Positions 1-9,613 are shown, numbered from the stretch's first letter. The stretch: DNA of 64,000 nucleotides from a bacterium (GCA_037446635.1 JBBIIG010000014.1:16294-80293); one strand, 5' to 3'. The notes: generated from the letters alone by a model not told the origin. Numbers and translations are program-made.

Positions 1-1
1 G

Positions 2-178
2 CAGCGTACGGACAACCGCAGTGACTACGGAATGCAATGCCGGGTCTATTTTGTGGATGGCCATTTCACCGGCGTACCGAGTAAGCAAATGATTCAGGTA
101 GCCTTGCAGCACGCGCTGGCTGAGCAACAGGGAATCTCAGTCTTAATTACACGGAGCAATAATGGAGGATTGAATTGA
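2..178 (+). CDS. 3' end of a gene that begins upstream of the window (partial); hypothetical protein
   Basis: Frame 2 is open from the window edge to TGA at 176-178 (...GMQCRVYFVDGHFTGVPSKQMIQVALQHALAEQQGISVLITRSNNGGLN*). No motif recognised. Confidence 0.3.
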   Translation, partial: QRTDNRSDYGMQCRVYFVDGHFTGVPSKQMIQVALQHALAEQQGISVLITRSNNGGLN

Positions 179-259
179 TGGATTAATGAAAGACAAACCG
201 CATGAATCCACCGATCCATATATCCATTAATCCTTTGGAAATTTAGAGGAGAAAAGACG

Positions 260-1246
260 ATGACACTCAAAGTAATCTTCTTGACGGGTTTCATTATGGT
301 GTTGGCTTCCGCGCTCTACGCACAGTCAAAAGATTTGCCAGCGGAGTACAAACAGATTCTGCCGCGCGGACAAATTGCGGCCATCACGCAGCCGCAATTT
401 GTTCCAGCCGACAAAGCCGAAATCGCCGATGACTCGTGGGTGCTGGGCGTGGTCATCGACGGTCAGGCACGGGCGTACAGCTTGAATCTGTTGAACAGCC
501 ATGAAGTGGTGAACGACCAAATCGGAGAGCAGGCTTTTGCCGCGGTGTGGTGACCGCTGGCTAATACCGGCGTCGTGTACGACCGCAAATATCAAGATAA
601 AACCATCACGTTTGAAGCTTCGGGCGGGCTGCTAAACAGCGCGTTGGTCATGCAGGATCGCGAGACCGATAGTTACTGGCCGATTATGCAGGGCGAGGCC
701 ATCGCCGGCGAAATGAAGGGGACGAAGTTAAAAGAAATGCCGGTCGCTGAAAAAGTCCAGTGGAAGGATTGGGTCAAAAAGCACCCGAACACATTGGTGC
801 TCTCGGTGAACGGCCGCGAAGACGGCTTCAATCCCTACAAAACATATTTTGAATCGAAAGAAGGCTTTCGCGGGACGGCGGCAAAGGATCGGCGTTTGGC
901 AACTAAGGAGCCGATCTTCGCTTTTCATTATCAAGGAAAAAGTTACGCGGTACCTTATAAGAATTTTGAGGGCGGCAAAACCTTCGATTTGAATGGTGTG
1001 AAACTCTTTCTCTATCGTCCGCCAAAATCCGAAATTTTCTACTCCACCGCGGCCTTTGCGGCTGCGGGTGATGGGTTTAAGATCGAAAACGGAAAGTGGT
1101 ACCACGTGGATTCGGGCTGCCAGTTTAATCCGAATTCGGGTTCATTTGAAAAGGGACCGGGAGCGTGCCCGGAGAAATTTCATGGGTTTGATACCTTTTG
1201 GTACAATTGGAGTTTGTCCAATCCGGATACCCAACTTTTACGGTAA
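260..1246 (+). CDS. Secreted DUF3179-family protein with an in-frame TGA at 551-553 (candidate selenocysteine). The ORF track splits it into 260-553 and 575-1246.
   Basis: RBS AGAGGAG 8 nt before ATG 260. Signal peptide MTLKVIFLTGFIMVLASALYAQS. Both ORF-track pieces are in the same frame and only the TGA separates them. The read-through sequence ...FAAVW-U-PLANTGVVYDRKYQDKTITFEASGGLLNSALVMQDRETDSYWPIMQGEAIAG... matches what I recall of DUF3179 (..AVTYCPLCNSGIVFDR..FGVSGLLYNSNLVMYDRETxSLW..GEAIAG..), with the TGA at the first Cys. Confidence 0.55.
570..586 (+). promoter_or_regulatory. Candidate bacterial SECIS-like hairpin, 17 nt downstream of the in-frame UGA
   Basis: GGCGUCG-UGUA-CGAC(C)GC gives a 6-bp stem with a 1-nt bulge. 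The tetraloop contains GU, and the loop G is 24 nt after the UGA. Weak, and not validated against a SECIS model. Confidence 0.3.
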
Positions 1247-1354
1247 TTGTAATGAAATGGATTTAACTTTCCGAGAGGAGGTGAAAGAGGAGAGCAAGTA
1301 ACCCCTTTAACTCGCTGTCAAAATTATTCATTCACAAAAAACGGGAGGGTTCCA

Positions 1355-1978
1355 ATGAAAGCATTCAGGACTTTGGTCGTATTCGCTCTGGCAACGGTTG
1401 TAGCTTTTGCTCTGGTCAATCTTTCAGCGCAGGAAACCAAGCATCAGCCCAAACCGCTCACCGAAGAGCAAAAAATGATGATGAAAAACATGGCCATGAA
1501 AAACATGGATAAGTTCATGGCCAGCAAAGACGCCATGATGCAGCTACCTCAGCATCTGAAAAAAACCCAGGACGAATCTATTAAGCTGGGGGAAGAATTA
1601 TTTAATTCGAAGACCGCGCTCAGCACCAATGGCCAGGCTTGCGCCAGTTGTCACCCCGGCGGCGGCACCACCGGCGGCGAAGCCGAGACGCCTATGGCCA
1701 GCGAGGTGACGGGCAAACCGTATAAACTGCCCATCCCGACTCTCATTGGCTCGGCGGCCACGTTTCCGAAATACAAAATTCCTAATGATGCGGTTATTAC
1801 CGTGGGCGATATGGCCAACAACTGCATCATGATGTTTATGGCTGCGCAGCCGCTTGACCCCAAAAGCAAAGAATTTAAGGCGTTGTCTGCTTACGTGACC
1901 TCCTTGAGCAACGAGGACAAAGTGTCGGTGGGAGAAGTGCCAGAGATGATGAAAAAAATGATGGGCGAAAAGAAGTAG
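1355..1978 (+). CDS. Mono-heme c-type cytochrome with a Met-rich N-terminal segment, secreted
   Basis: RBS GGGAGGG. Signal peptide. Single CASCH heme motif. MMMKNMAMKNMDKFMASKDAMM is a Met-rich stretch resembling Cu(I)-binding Met motifs. Confidence 0.85.
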   Translation: MKAFRTLVVFALATVVAFALVNLSAQETKHQPKPLTEEQKMMMKNMAMKNMDKFMASKDAMMQLPQHLKKTQDESIKLGEELFNSKTALSTNGQACASCHPGGGTTGGEAETPMASEVTGKPYKLPIPTLIGSAATFPKYKIPNDAVITVGDMANNCIMMFMAAQPLDPKSKEFKALSAYVTSLSNEDKVSVGEVPEMMKKMMGEKK

Positions 1979-1996
1979 CTTTTCCATAACTGTGAT

Positions 1997-2029
1997 AACC
2001 CTGACGGGGTTCGCAACCCTGTCAGGGTT
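1997..2029. repeat. Palindromic element, family E (AACCCTGACGGGG..AACCCTGTCAGGGTT), immediately after the cytochrome gene stop
   Basis: Near-perfect inverted repeat. The same 15-bp core AACCCTGTCAGGGTT recurs at 37250-37281 and 56364-56379. No T-tract follows. Confidence 0.5.
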
Positions 2030-2058
2030 AAAACCATTGCACAAACTTTAAATTAGTC

Positions 2059-3072
2059 ATGAAGATTGTCAATATCTGTTTACTATTTGTGGTAGTAAGT
2101 TTGTCTATTGTAACCGCGCAAGATGGTGAAGATGCTGCGCGCTGGAAGAACACGCCGCAGGAGGCTTTCTTAAACAGCGAAATTGTTCAAACCTATCAAT
2201 GCACCAGTTGCCACACCATCGCCGAGCGCGGGGGTACCGTCGGGCCGATCCTGAATCAAGTGGGCAATCGCCGAACCGAAGAGTGGCTGCGCCGCTGGCT
2301 GGCCGACCCGCAGCAGGTTAAGCCCGGAACCAAGATGCCCAAGTTTGATTTCACGCCCGAGCAATTGGATGCGGTGGTCGGCTATTTGACCAACATGAAA
2401 AAAACGCTCCGCACCGATGCCATTCTCGCGCAAAACAAATCTTTAATCGAAACAGGCGAGATGCTGTTTGAGGATTACGATTGCCTGGCCTGCCATCGCG
2501 TGGGCTCCGACGGCAGATTTATCGGGCCGGACTTAACCTGGGTTGGGTTGCGAAAGACCGCGGCCTGGGAAAAAACCTGGCTGGCCGATCCCCCCGGATT
2601 TAAGCCCGATACCTTCATGCCTAATTTTCATATCCCGCAAAAGGGAATAGAAGCGCTGGCGGAGTATCTGCATAACCAGCAAGGACAGAAAAATGCCGAT
2701 TCGCAGGAGTGGGAATTTCGCACCAACTTCTTTCTGGGAAACAGCGATCGCGAACGCGGCGAATTGGTATTCAAGCGCTTTGCGTGTTGGGCGTGCCACG
2801 GTGAGAGCGGCAGCGGCGGCATCAAAAATCCCAACATGGCGCCCGACGAAATGATGCCGCCGCTGAAAGAAGCCGCGGTGAAATATACCGAAGCCGAGCT
2901 TTTGGCGCGGCTGAAAACGAAAACCGCGCCCCGGTCGCTGGATGGCAATAAACCAGCTCCGCCATTTTTCTGTCCGGACTATGGCAATTATATGGAAACT
3001 TCCGAATTCAGCGACCTTTACGCTTATTTGAAATCATTCGCGCCCAAGAAACTCAAGTGGCGGTTTAATTAA
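2059..3072 (+). CDS. Tri-heme c-type cytochrome (three class-I cytochrome c domains), secreted
   Basis: Signal peptide. Three CXXCH motifs (CTSCH, CLACH, CWACH), each followed by a Met-containing distal region. Confidence 0.85.
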   Translation: MKIVNICLLFVVVSLSIVTAQDGEDAARWKNTPQEAFLNSEIVQTYQCTSCHTIAERGGTVGPILNQVGNRRTEEWLRRWLADPQQVKPGTKMPKFDFTPEQLDAVVGYLTNMKKTLRTDAILAQNKSLIETGEMLFEDYDCLACHRVGSDGRFIGPDLTWVGLRKTAAWEKTWLADPPGFKPDTFMPNFHIPQKGIEALAEYLHNQQGQKNADSQEWEFRTNFFLGNSDRERGELVFKRFACWACHGESGSGGIKNPNMAPDEMMPPLKEAAVKYTEAELLARLKTKTAPRSLDGNKPAPPFFCPDYGNYMETSEFSDLYAYLKSFAPKKLKWRFN

Positions 3073-3130
3073 GTAAGCGGCATTATTCACAGACGGCAAA
3101 AGGTGAGGACGACATCTACATTGAAGTTTA

Positions 3131-3172
3131 TTAATCCAAATGGGAGTAATGGATTATTGGATCGTTGGATCG
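3131..3172. repeat. 8-bp-periodic GGAKTRWT repeat array, family F
   Basis: TTAATCCAAATGGGAGTAATGGATTATTGGATCGTTGGATCG. The same periodic motif is seen at 162-233, 13547-13642 and 25587-25826. A hairpin TGCCCGCC..GGCGGGCA follows. Confidence 0.45.
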
Positions 3173-3280
3173 TAACGCAAACCTCAGGTTTGCCCGCCTG
3201 CCTAAGGCCTCTGGCGGGCAGCTCAAAGCGGAGCTTTGAGTTACATATATAAAATTATCCAAGCTAAAAGGAGCAGAATC

Positions 3281-4012
3281 GTGTCAGTCAGGAAAGTTTT
3301 TTCGATAGCTTTGCTAGCGGTAGTTGCGCTCATCTATTTGGCCAATCATCGTACCTCCGAGGCCAGTTTAAACGGCGGCGCCGTCACCGGCGTGGTGCGA
3401 TTTCCTGGGGAGTATCCGGATCGCGAAAAGATCATGATCACCAAAGACCAGCAGGTTTGCGGCGCGTTTCAGTACTCGGAGATTTTTGTGGTGGCGGAAG
3501 AAAACCACGGGTTGAAAAACGTCGTGATTACGCTGGTAAATGTCAAAGGTGGGCAAGCGCCGGCCGCGGTAACGGCCACCATCGATCAGAAAGGGTGCCG
3601 CTATATGCCCCACGTGCAGGCCGTGCCGGTCGGCAGCAATTTGGAAATTCTGAATAGCGATGGCATCTTGCATAACATTCATGCCTATTACAATGGACTG
3701 GATCCTAAAAATACCGTCTTTAATAAAGCCCAACCTAAGTTTCTCAAAAAAATCACTCATACGCTGGATAAGGCCGGGATGTACTACTTCAAGTGCGATG
3801 TGCACAGTCACATGAGCGCGTATGTGGCGGTGATGGATCACCCGTATTATGCGGTGAGCGATGACTACGGTAAATTTACGATCGATAACGTGCCTCCCGG
3901 TTCCTATAAAATTCAAGCCTGGCATGAGGCTCTCGGCGTTTTAGAGAAGAACGTTACCGTCGCGGCTGGCAAAACCACTGATGTAAATTTTGATATTTTG
4001 CCAAATGAGTAA
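3281..4012 (+). CDS. Cupredoxin-like (type-1 copper) protein, secreted
   Basis: GTG 3281 is preceded by AAAAGGAGC (the ORF track starts at 3236). Hydrophobic N-terminus. Candidate ligands: His in ILHNIHAYY, then Cys, His and Met in FKCDVHSHM (C-x2-H-x2-M, amicyanin-like spacing). Confidence 0.7.
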   Translation: MSVRKVFSIALLAVVALIYLANHRTSEASLNGGAVTGVVRFPGEYPDREKIMITKDQQVCGAFQYSEIFVVAEENHGLKNVVITLVNVKGGQAPAAVTATIDQKGCRYMPHVQAVPVGSNLEILNSDGILHNIHAYYNGLDPKNTVFNKAQPKFLKKITHTLDKAGMYYFKCDVHSHMSAYVAVMDHPYYAVSDDYGKFTIDNVPPGSYKIQAWHEALGVLEKNVTVAAGKTTDVNFDILPNE

Positions 4013-4033
4013 TTTATCGAGAGAATGTGAATC

Positions 4034-4521
4034 ATGAAAAAGCTGTTCTTCTATTTTTTAGCCATTTCTAGTTTATTGTTAGTCTCGTGCAATAGTGACC
4101 AACCGTTGGGCAGCAATGACGGGGCAAATCCGAGTAAGTCGGGTTTCGGGGTCTCCGGACTTTTGTTTGAGAACAACCTGGTGATGTGGGATCGCGAGAA
4201 CCAAGGCAGCCGCAGCGAATTATTTCCACAAATGTATTTCACCCGCGCCGACGCCGCCGACTTTCCCACCTGGGACACATTTCCTTCCAACCAGATGGTT
4301 TCCGGCGGTCCGCCACGTGATGGCATACCTGCGCTGACCAATCCCAGAATCGTATCCTCAACTTCATAAGTAACGCGAATCCATTTCAGATGACTGATAA
4401 CGAGACCAACAGCGTTTGGAACATCAAAGGCGAGGCGATTTCCGGTGCACTCTCCGGCGTGAAGCTGACACAGATTCCCGCATACAATGTCAAATCTCAA
4501 TATCGTCGTTCCGATTGCTGA
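4034..4521 (+). pseudogene. Scrambled and truncated DUF3179-related remnant; the lipoprotein-like ORF 4034-4369 plus a frameshifted tail at 4390-4521
   Basis: ORF 4034-4369 has a lipobox (LLVSC). It then carries GFGVSGLLFENNLVMWDRENQGS (the DUF3179 central motif) before SGGPPRDGIPALTNPRIV (the DUF3179 N-terminal motif) and stops. A different frame at 4390-4521 encodes NETNSVWNIKGEAISGALSGVKLTQIPAY (the DUF3179 C-terminal region). Motif order is permuted, the CPLC region is missing, and the 3' end overlaps the convergent gene. Confidence 0.45.
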
Positions 4522-4907
4522 ATGGGGAGGTCGTTGGCGCTCATGTCTCTTCGCCTCATGAGACCCTCCTCATCGAACTCCCAGTGCTCGTTGCCGTGCG
4601 TACGATACCATTGACCGGTATCGGCATCGCGCCATTCGTATTCAAAGCGCACGGAAATGCGGTTATCTGTGTAAGCCCAGAGTTCCTTCATGAGGCGGTA
4701 ATCCAATTCTTTCGCCCACTTTCGTTTCAAAAACTCTTTAATCGCTTCTCTCCCGGTGAAAAATTCAGTGCGGTTTCGCCATTGGGAATCTTCCGTATAA
4801 GCGAGCACAACCCGTTCGGGGTCGCGGGTATTCCAGGCGTCTTCAGCAGCCTTTACTTTCGCCCGTGCGGTCTCTGCAGTGAATGGAGGTTTTATCGGTT
4901 GCTTCAT
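4497..4907 (-). CDS. DUF1348-family protein (NTF2-like fold)
   Basis: 136 aa. ...[43 protein letters not shown]...[40 protein letters not shown] matches my recall of the DUF1348 consensus. Confidence 0.8.
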   Translation of the reverse strand: MKQPIKPPFTAETARAKVKAAEDAWNTRDPERVVLAYTEDSQWRNRTEFFTGREAIKEFLKRKWAKELDYRLMKELWAYTDNRISVRFEYEWRDADTGQWYRTHGNEHWEFDEEGLMRRRDMSANDLPIQQSERRY

Positions 4908-4942
4908 TTTGTGGTTCTCCTCTTGGTAAATTGAATTTATTT

Positions 4943-5275
4943 TTATAAAAGCGTTTTCAGCCTCTCTGTCAACTCACTTTTTGAAATCACCCCGTTTAGT
5001 CGGTCGATCACTCTACCATTTTTGAAAAAGAGCATGGTTGGGATACATTCAATCCCAAATGTCGTGGCGATCGCAGGGTACTCGTCCGCGTTTATTTTCG
5101 CAAAATTAGCTTTACCAGAGAATTCCAGCGCCAAATCTTCGACGATGGCTGTCATGATTTCAGAAGCCCCACTCCAACTGGTCGAGAATAGCACCAGAAC
5201 CGGGAGTACGTTTTCGAGGACCCGGTGATTGAAATTCTTGCTCGTTAATATGATCGTTCTATTGGTTCTCGGCAT
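4943..5275 (-). CDS. Thioredoxin-fold protein lacking the catalytic cysteines (WSGAS instead of WCGPC)
   Basis: Aligns to thioredoxin (..[40 protein letters not shown]..). The likely start is the internal Met at 5273-5275; the ORF track's GTG at 5323 is less likely. Confidence 0.7.
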   Translation of the reverse strand: MPRTNRTIILTSKNFNHRVLENVLPVLVLFSTSWSGASEIMTAIVEDLALEFSGKANFAKINADEYPAIATTFGIECIPTMLFFKNGRVIDRLNGVISKSELTERLKTLL

Positions 5276-5295
5276 CGATGTTTTTATGTCATTCG

Positions 5296-5898
5296 TTACA
5301 ACCGAATTCTTGCTGGGCAACACGATCTTAAAATATCCGGGTTTAATTTAGCGATTTCTTCGGCAATTTCTTCACTGGTGAATCGGGGTGTGATATGCTG
5401 CGGGCAGTTCCAATCAAAAGCCTGGATTTTGAAAATGATCAGACGCTCAATGTTGGCTTTGTAATCGGGCATCTTCAGTTCTTTTAACAATTCAGCATTC
5501 TGCTCGGCGTCGATCATTTCTGATTCAGCCCATATTTTCAGACGTTGTTGAGAAGGATAGTCCATTAAGAATAGTGACGCTTTACGGCTCGAATTGATGT
5601 TGCCAACACTGATGTATTGCATGTTGCCGCGAAAATCGGCATAGCCGAGCGTGGTGCTATCGATTACTTTCAGAAATCCTTTCGGACCACCGCGGAATTG
5701 CACATACGGCCAGCCGTTTTCGCCAACGGTAGCCATGTAAAAGCTGTCCCTTGATTCAATAAAAGAAATTTCTCTGTTTGTTAGAACATATTGGTTGCCG
5801 GACGCTTCCACACGGGCGTAGGATTGGCGAGAGCCGTACCGTTGCTGAGCCCTTCTAACGCTATCGGTGAAAGCAAACTTGGTGAAATTCTGGTTCAT
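5296..5898 (-). CDS. Pyridoxamine 5'-phosphate oxidase-like FMN-binding (split-barrel) protein
   Basis: 200 aa. ..FYMATVGENGWPYVQFRGGPKGFLKVID..GNMQYISVGNI..ASLFLMDY is typical of PNPOx-like flavin-binding proteins. Confidence 0.7.
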   Translation of the reverse strand: MNQNFTKFAFTDSVRRAQQRYGSRQSYARVEASGNQYVLTNREISFIESRDSFYMATVGENGWPYVQFRGGPKGFLKVIDSTTLGYADFRGNMQYISVGNINSSRKASLFLMDYPSQQRLKIWAESEMIDAEQNAELLKELKMPDYKANIERLIIFKIQAFDWNCPQHITPRFTSEEIAEEIAKLNPDILRSCCPARIRL

Positions 5899-5961
5899 GA
5901 TTTTCCTTTTCTTAAACCTCGAAGCCGCGACAGTGAGCCTGCCGCGGCCTTGAGTTTCCGG

Positions 5962-6975
5962 TTATTTCTCCGCGACCAGTTCAAGCTTCGTTGTCAAAAA
6001 GTTTCGGATGTAGCTGGCAATTAGCTCACCATCCTCTTCGAGCGCAAAATGACCCGTGTCCAGCAAATGAAATTCGATGTTCTTTAAGTCACGTTTGTAG
6101 GGATGAGCCCCTTCCGCCGGGAAGATGTAGTCATTCTTGCCCCAAACGATGAGTGTCGGCGGTTGATACTCTCTGAAATAGGCTTGCCAGCGGGGGTACA
6201 AAGGAACATTGGTTTGATAATCATAAAATAATTGCAGCTGTATGGCGGGATTGCCTTCACGTGTCAGATGTCTCAAGTCCATGTTCCACGTGTCGGGGCT
6301 AATGACTTCTTTATTCCTGACGCCATGGGTAAATTGCCATTCGACGCCTTCCTTGGTTATGAATCCTTTGAGCGGCTCCGCATTTTCGGGCGTCCTATCA
6401 TTCCAATATTTCTTTATTGGAACCCAGAACTCTCTCAGTCCTTCGTCGTAGGCGTTGCCATTCTGTACGATGAGCGCTTGCACTCTTTCTGGATGCTTTG
6501 CCGCGATTCGGAAACCCACCGGGGCGCCGTAGTCCATCAAATATATTGAATAAGATTGGATGCCGAGCTGATCCAGAAACTTCTCGATTAGCAGACTATA
6601 ATTATCAAAGCTGTATTCAAACTTGTCCATGGTTGGCTGATCGCTATTTCCAAAGCCCGGGTAGTCGGGAGCAACCAAATGGAACTGATCAGAGAGGGAT
6701 GGGATCAAGTTGCGAAACATGTGGGAAGAAGTCGGAAAACCGTGCAGCAGCAGAATCGTTGGTGCATTGTCAGGTCCGGCCTCGCGATAGAAGATGTTCA
6801 GGCCATCTACATTAACAGTTTTGTAAAAGGTGCGCTGAGTTCTTGAATCAGTTTTGGCCGTCTCTGCCGAGACCGGTTGTGCATCTTTTGTAAACACGGA
6901 CAAGCCAATAACACCGATGATTACAACTGCCGCCAGCATCAGGGCTTTCTGAAAATTAACTTGTAAATGCTTCAT
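5962..6975 (-). CDS. Alpha/beta-fold hydrolase (epoxide hydrolase/haloalkane dehalogenase-like), secreted or membrane-anchored
   Basis: [55 protein letters not shown]. Start chosen at MKHLQVNF.. (6973-6975), which has a hydrophobic N-terminus; the ORF track extends to 7041. Confidence 0.85.
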   Translation of the reverse strand: MKHLQVNFQKALMLAAVVIIGVIGLSVFTKDAQPVSAETAKTDSRTQRTFYKTVNVDGLNIFYREAGPDNAPTILLLHGFPTSSHMFRNLIPSLSDQFHLVAPDYPGFGNSDQPTMDKFEYSFDNYSLLIEKFLDQLGIQSYSIYLMDYGAPVGFRIAAKHPERVQALIVQNGNAYDEGLREFWVPIKKYWNDRTPENAEPLKGFITKEGVEWQFTHGVRNKEVISPDTWNMDLRHLTREGNPAIQLQLFYDYQTNVPLYPRWQAYFREYQPPTLIVWGKNDYIFPAEGAHPYKRDLKNIEFHLLDTGHFALEEDGELIASYIRNFLTTKLELVAEK

Positions 6976-7083
6976 GGTCTTAAATCCTTTCTTTATTGAC
7001 TTCATCGTTTTTTCATGATGGAGAGCATTGGGGCTGCCCATCAGCTACAAGCGGACAGCCCAAGTCCTTTCCTTCATTGTTAA

Positions 7084-7830
7084 TTAATTAGTAGCGGTTG
7101 CTTGTTTGATGGCTTCGACGGCTTCCTCGGTGGTCCAAACGGCATTGGCGATGAAACGAAAATTGACCAGGGCCGCCGCATAGCCGTCGCCGTCGGGGAT
7201 GACAGCCGCTGCCGTTGCATCTTTGACCACGGCAACTTCAAAACCCTGTTCCAGCAATTCGCGCAAATGTGATTCGGTACACAGATTTGCCGACATGCCG
7301 GCGAGGATAACTTTGTCGATGCCCCGCTTGCGTAGTTGCAAAACCAGGTCATTTGCTTCCGGTCCGTAAACCTTGTGAGGGCTGGTAACCACGGTTTTGC
7401 CATCCTGAATGTAGGGTTTATAAATTTCGAGAAAGTCGGCGCCGGAGCCTTCAAAGCCGTCCAGGCTCAAGGCGTCTTTGCGGTCGAACATGCCGATGTT
7501 GTGCATCAGCACCTCCAGAGCGCCTCCGAATTTCCATCCTTTGTCCGTCGGGTAGTAATAGTGAGGCGAAACAAAAACCGGAAGGTTGTTTGCTTTCGCT
7601 ATTTTTAACAGGGCCTCAATGTTGGCGACCGTGTTGTTTTCCGTTACACTTTTTCCAACCACCCCCCAGGTCACACCGTCCGGACTCAAAAAGTCGTTTT
7701 GTGGGTCTGTGATGACGATTGCCGTACGCTGCGGATCGATTTTCATCCCTGGATTGGGAAGTTGTGCCATGCCAACTGAGACGATGCCCATCAAAAAAGC
7801 GACTACGATTGTTATTCTTACTGCTTTCAT
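7084..7830 (-). CDS. Isochorismatase-family cysteine hydrolase, secreted
   Basis: Strong RBS AAGGAGGA before ATG at 7828-7830 (MKAVRITIVVAFLMGIVSVGMAQ). ..KVILAGMSANLCTESHLRELL.. carries the catalytic Cys of the isochorismatase/CSHase family. Confidence 0.85.
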   Translation of the reverse strand: MKAVRITIVVAFLMGIVSVGMAQLPNPGMKIDPQRTAIVITDPQNDFLSPDGVTWGVVGKSVTENNTVANIEALLKIAKANNLPVFVSPHYYYPTDKGWKFGGALEVLMHNIGMFDRKDALSLDGFEGSGADFLEIYKPYIQDGKTVVTSPHKVYGPEANDLVLQLRKRGIDKVILAGMSANLCTESHLRELLEQGFEVAVVKDATAAAVIPDGDGYAAALVNFRFIANAVWTTEEAVEAIKQATATN

Positions 7831-8062
7831 CTTCGTCCTCCTTAATAAGGATTCCTGATTGAGTTTAATTGATTGGTGATGATCATCACTACGGTCGAAG
7901 GCAAGGTGTATGCCACCTGAAATGGCGCAGGAAAATACCAGAGGCAATGGACTGATTATCTAATGGCTTAGGAGACCATCAGACATGTTTTGAAGAGAAT
8001 GAATGGTAGGAATAGAATCTTTGGGATTTCGTAGAACCGCGAAATATCACAGAAAAATGGGG

Positions 8063-9613
8063 CTAGACCGGTTTCCTGATGCCCAGCTTCTGCATGCGAG
8101 AGCGCAGGGTATTGGGATTAATTCCTAACCGCAAGGCCGCACCCTTCGGTCCTTCGATGCGCCACTTCGTTTCCTGAAGAACCGATATGATATGATTTCG
8201 TTCAACATCCTCAAGGGTGGCGACGCTTAAAGCCGGGCTTGATGGCTTTTTCAAGAGTTCTAAGCTTTCATCCACTTGCAGAGTTTTGCCTTTTGCGAGA
8301 ATGATCGCTCGTTCGATAATGTTTTCCAATTCTCTGACATTTCCCGGAAAATGATAGCCTTGCAGAGTCTGCATGACTTGTTGTGACACTTGGGAAATCT
8401 TCTTTCCCATTTTTGCTCCGTATTTTTTGACGAAATGGTTGATGAGCAACGGAATGTCTTCCCGGCGTTCCCGAAGTGGCGGGAGCCTAATAGGAAACAC
8501 ATTCATTCGGTAGAAAAGATCATTCCGGAACTCACCGGATTGAACGGCGTGTTCCAGGTCCCGATTGGTAGCAGCTATCACCCGAACATTTACTTTGAGA
8601 GTCTGCGTGCCGCCGACTCTTTCAAATTCACCTTCTTGCAAAACACGCAGAAGTTTAGCCTGTAAGTCCAAAGGCAACTCACCAATCTCATCCAGAAAAA
8701 TAGTACCGCCATTTGCCAATTCAAAACGGCCTTGCTTGCGAGACAGGGCTCCCGTAAATGCTCCTTTTTCGTGGCCGAAGAGTTCGCTTTCGATCAAATT
8801 GGCAGGCAATGCAGCGCAGTTAACTTTTACGAGCGGTCTTTCCCTGCGCGGACTAATCGTATGTAACGCGCGCGCAATGAGTTCCTTGCCGGTGCCGGTT
8901 TCTCCCAATATGAGCACCGTCGCATCTGTTACAGCTACCCTCTCCACATTTCTCAGGACTTTCTTAAACGGCTTACTCGTGCTAATGATTTCATCAAAGT
9001 TGTGTTCGAGTTTGATTTCTTCCTGTAAATAGACGTTTTCGGCCTGGAGCCGGTTTTTCAATTCCACAACTTCTGAGAAAAGCTGGGCGTTTTTAATTGC
9101 AATGGCCGCCTGGTTGGCAAAAACGGCCAGTCGATCAAATTCTGCCGGCGTCATGACCCGACGGCTGAACATGGCAATGACGCCAAGCAATTCACCGCGA
9201 AAGATAAGTGGGTGGCCTGCAAAGGACTGCAACATGTTCTCCACGAGCCACTTTTTGTTTGGGAGCCGATCATCGTTCAGCACATCATTTGTGGACAGCG
9301 GTTCTCTACTCTGGCCAATTTCTCCGATCTTTAATGCACCGAGAGGAACTCGCCGATACCCCCCATGCGTGCGTGTGTACATCCCGGCACTGGCCTTCAG
9401 GTGTAAGCATTGTTCTCGGCTGGAGCAGCTATCCGCTTTGTAGCATTCCGCGCACAGGTCGCCCGGACCGAGCAGCCAGATGCGTGCAAAGGCCGCGTCT
9501 AATTCATCTACCAGACCTTGGGTAATTGTGGTAAGCACTTCCTGAAGGTTCAGACGCGAGGTCATCTGGAGTGTGATACGCTCGAAACTGTCGTCTTTGA
9601 GTTTTTGCTTCAT
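8063..9613 (-). CDS. Sigma-54-dependent Fis-family transcriptional activator with an N-terminal GAF domain
   Basis: GAF region, AAA+ sigma-54 interaction domain ([43 protein letters not shown]) and C-terminal Fis HTH. Confidence 0.9.
   Translation of the reverse strand: MKQKLKDDSFERITLQMTSRLNLQEVLTTITQGLVDELDAAFARIWLLGPGDLCAECYKADSCSSREQCLHLKASAGMYTRTHGGYRRVPLGALKIGEIGQSREPLSTNDVLNDDRLPNKKWLVENMLQSFAGHPLIFRGELLGVIAMFSRRVMTPAEFDRLAVFANQAAIAIKNAQLFSEVVELKNRLQAENVYLQEEIKLEHNFDEIISTSKPFKKVLRNVERVAVTDATVLILGETGTGKELIARALHTISPRRERPLVKVNCAALPANLIESELFGHEKGAFTGALSRKQGRFELANGGTIFLDEIGELPLDLQAKLLRVLQEGEFERVGGTQTLKVNVRVIAATNRDLEHAVQSGEFRNDLFYRMNVFPIRLPPLRERREDIPLLINHFVKKYGAKMGKKISQVSQQVMQTLQGYHFPGNVRELENIIERAIILAKGKTLQVDESLELLKKPSSPALSVATLEDVERNHIISVLQETKWRIEGPKGAALRLGINPNTLRSRMQKLGIRKPV

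Noticed and set aside
94-294. 66-aa minus-strand ORF overlapping the family F repeat and the start of the DUF3179 gene
   Set aside because: It spans a repeat element and the RBS and start of a supported gene. Its Cys-rich tail is a translation artefact of the repeat.
551-553. TGA 551-553 considered as Trp or generic stop-codon reassignment (code 4/25-like)
   Set aside because: Many well-supported genes in the window terminate with TGA (for example at 34432, 37082 and 52211), so TGA is a functional stop here. Only context-dependent Sec recoding, a pseudogene or a sequencing error remain as explanations.
8260-9525. Several + strand ORFs (8390-8665, 8565-9032, 9102-9443, 9208-9525) overlapping the sigma-54 activator on the opposite strand
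   Set aside because: They are antisense to a well-supported gene and have no motifs or RBS. Typical GC-rich shadow ORFs.
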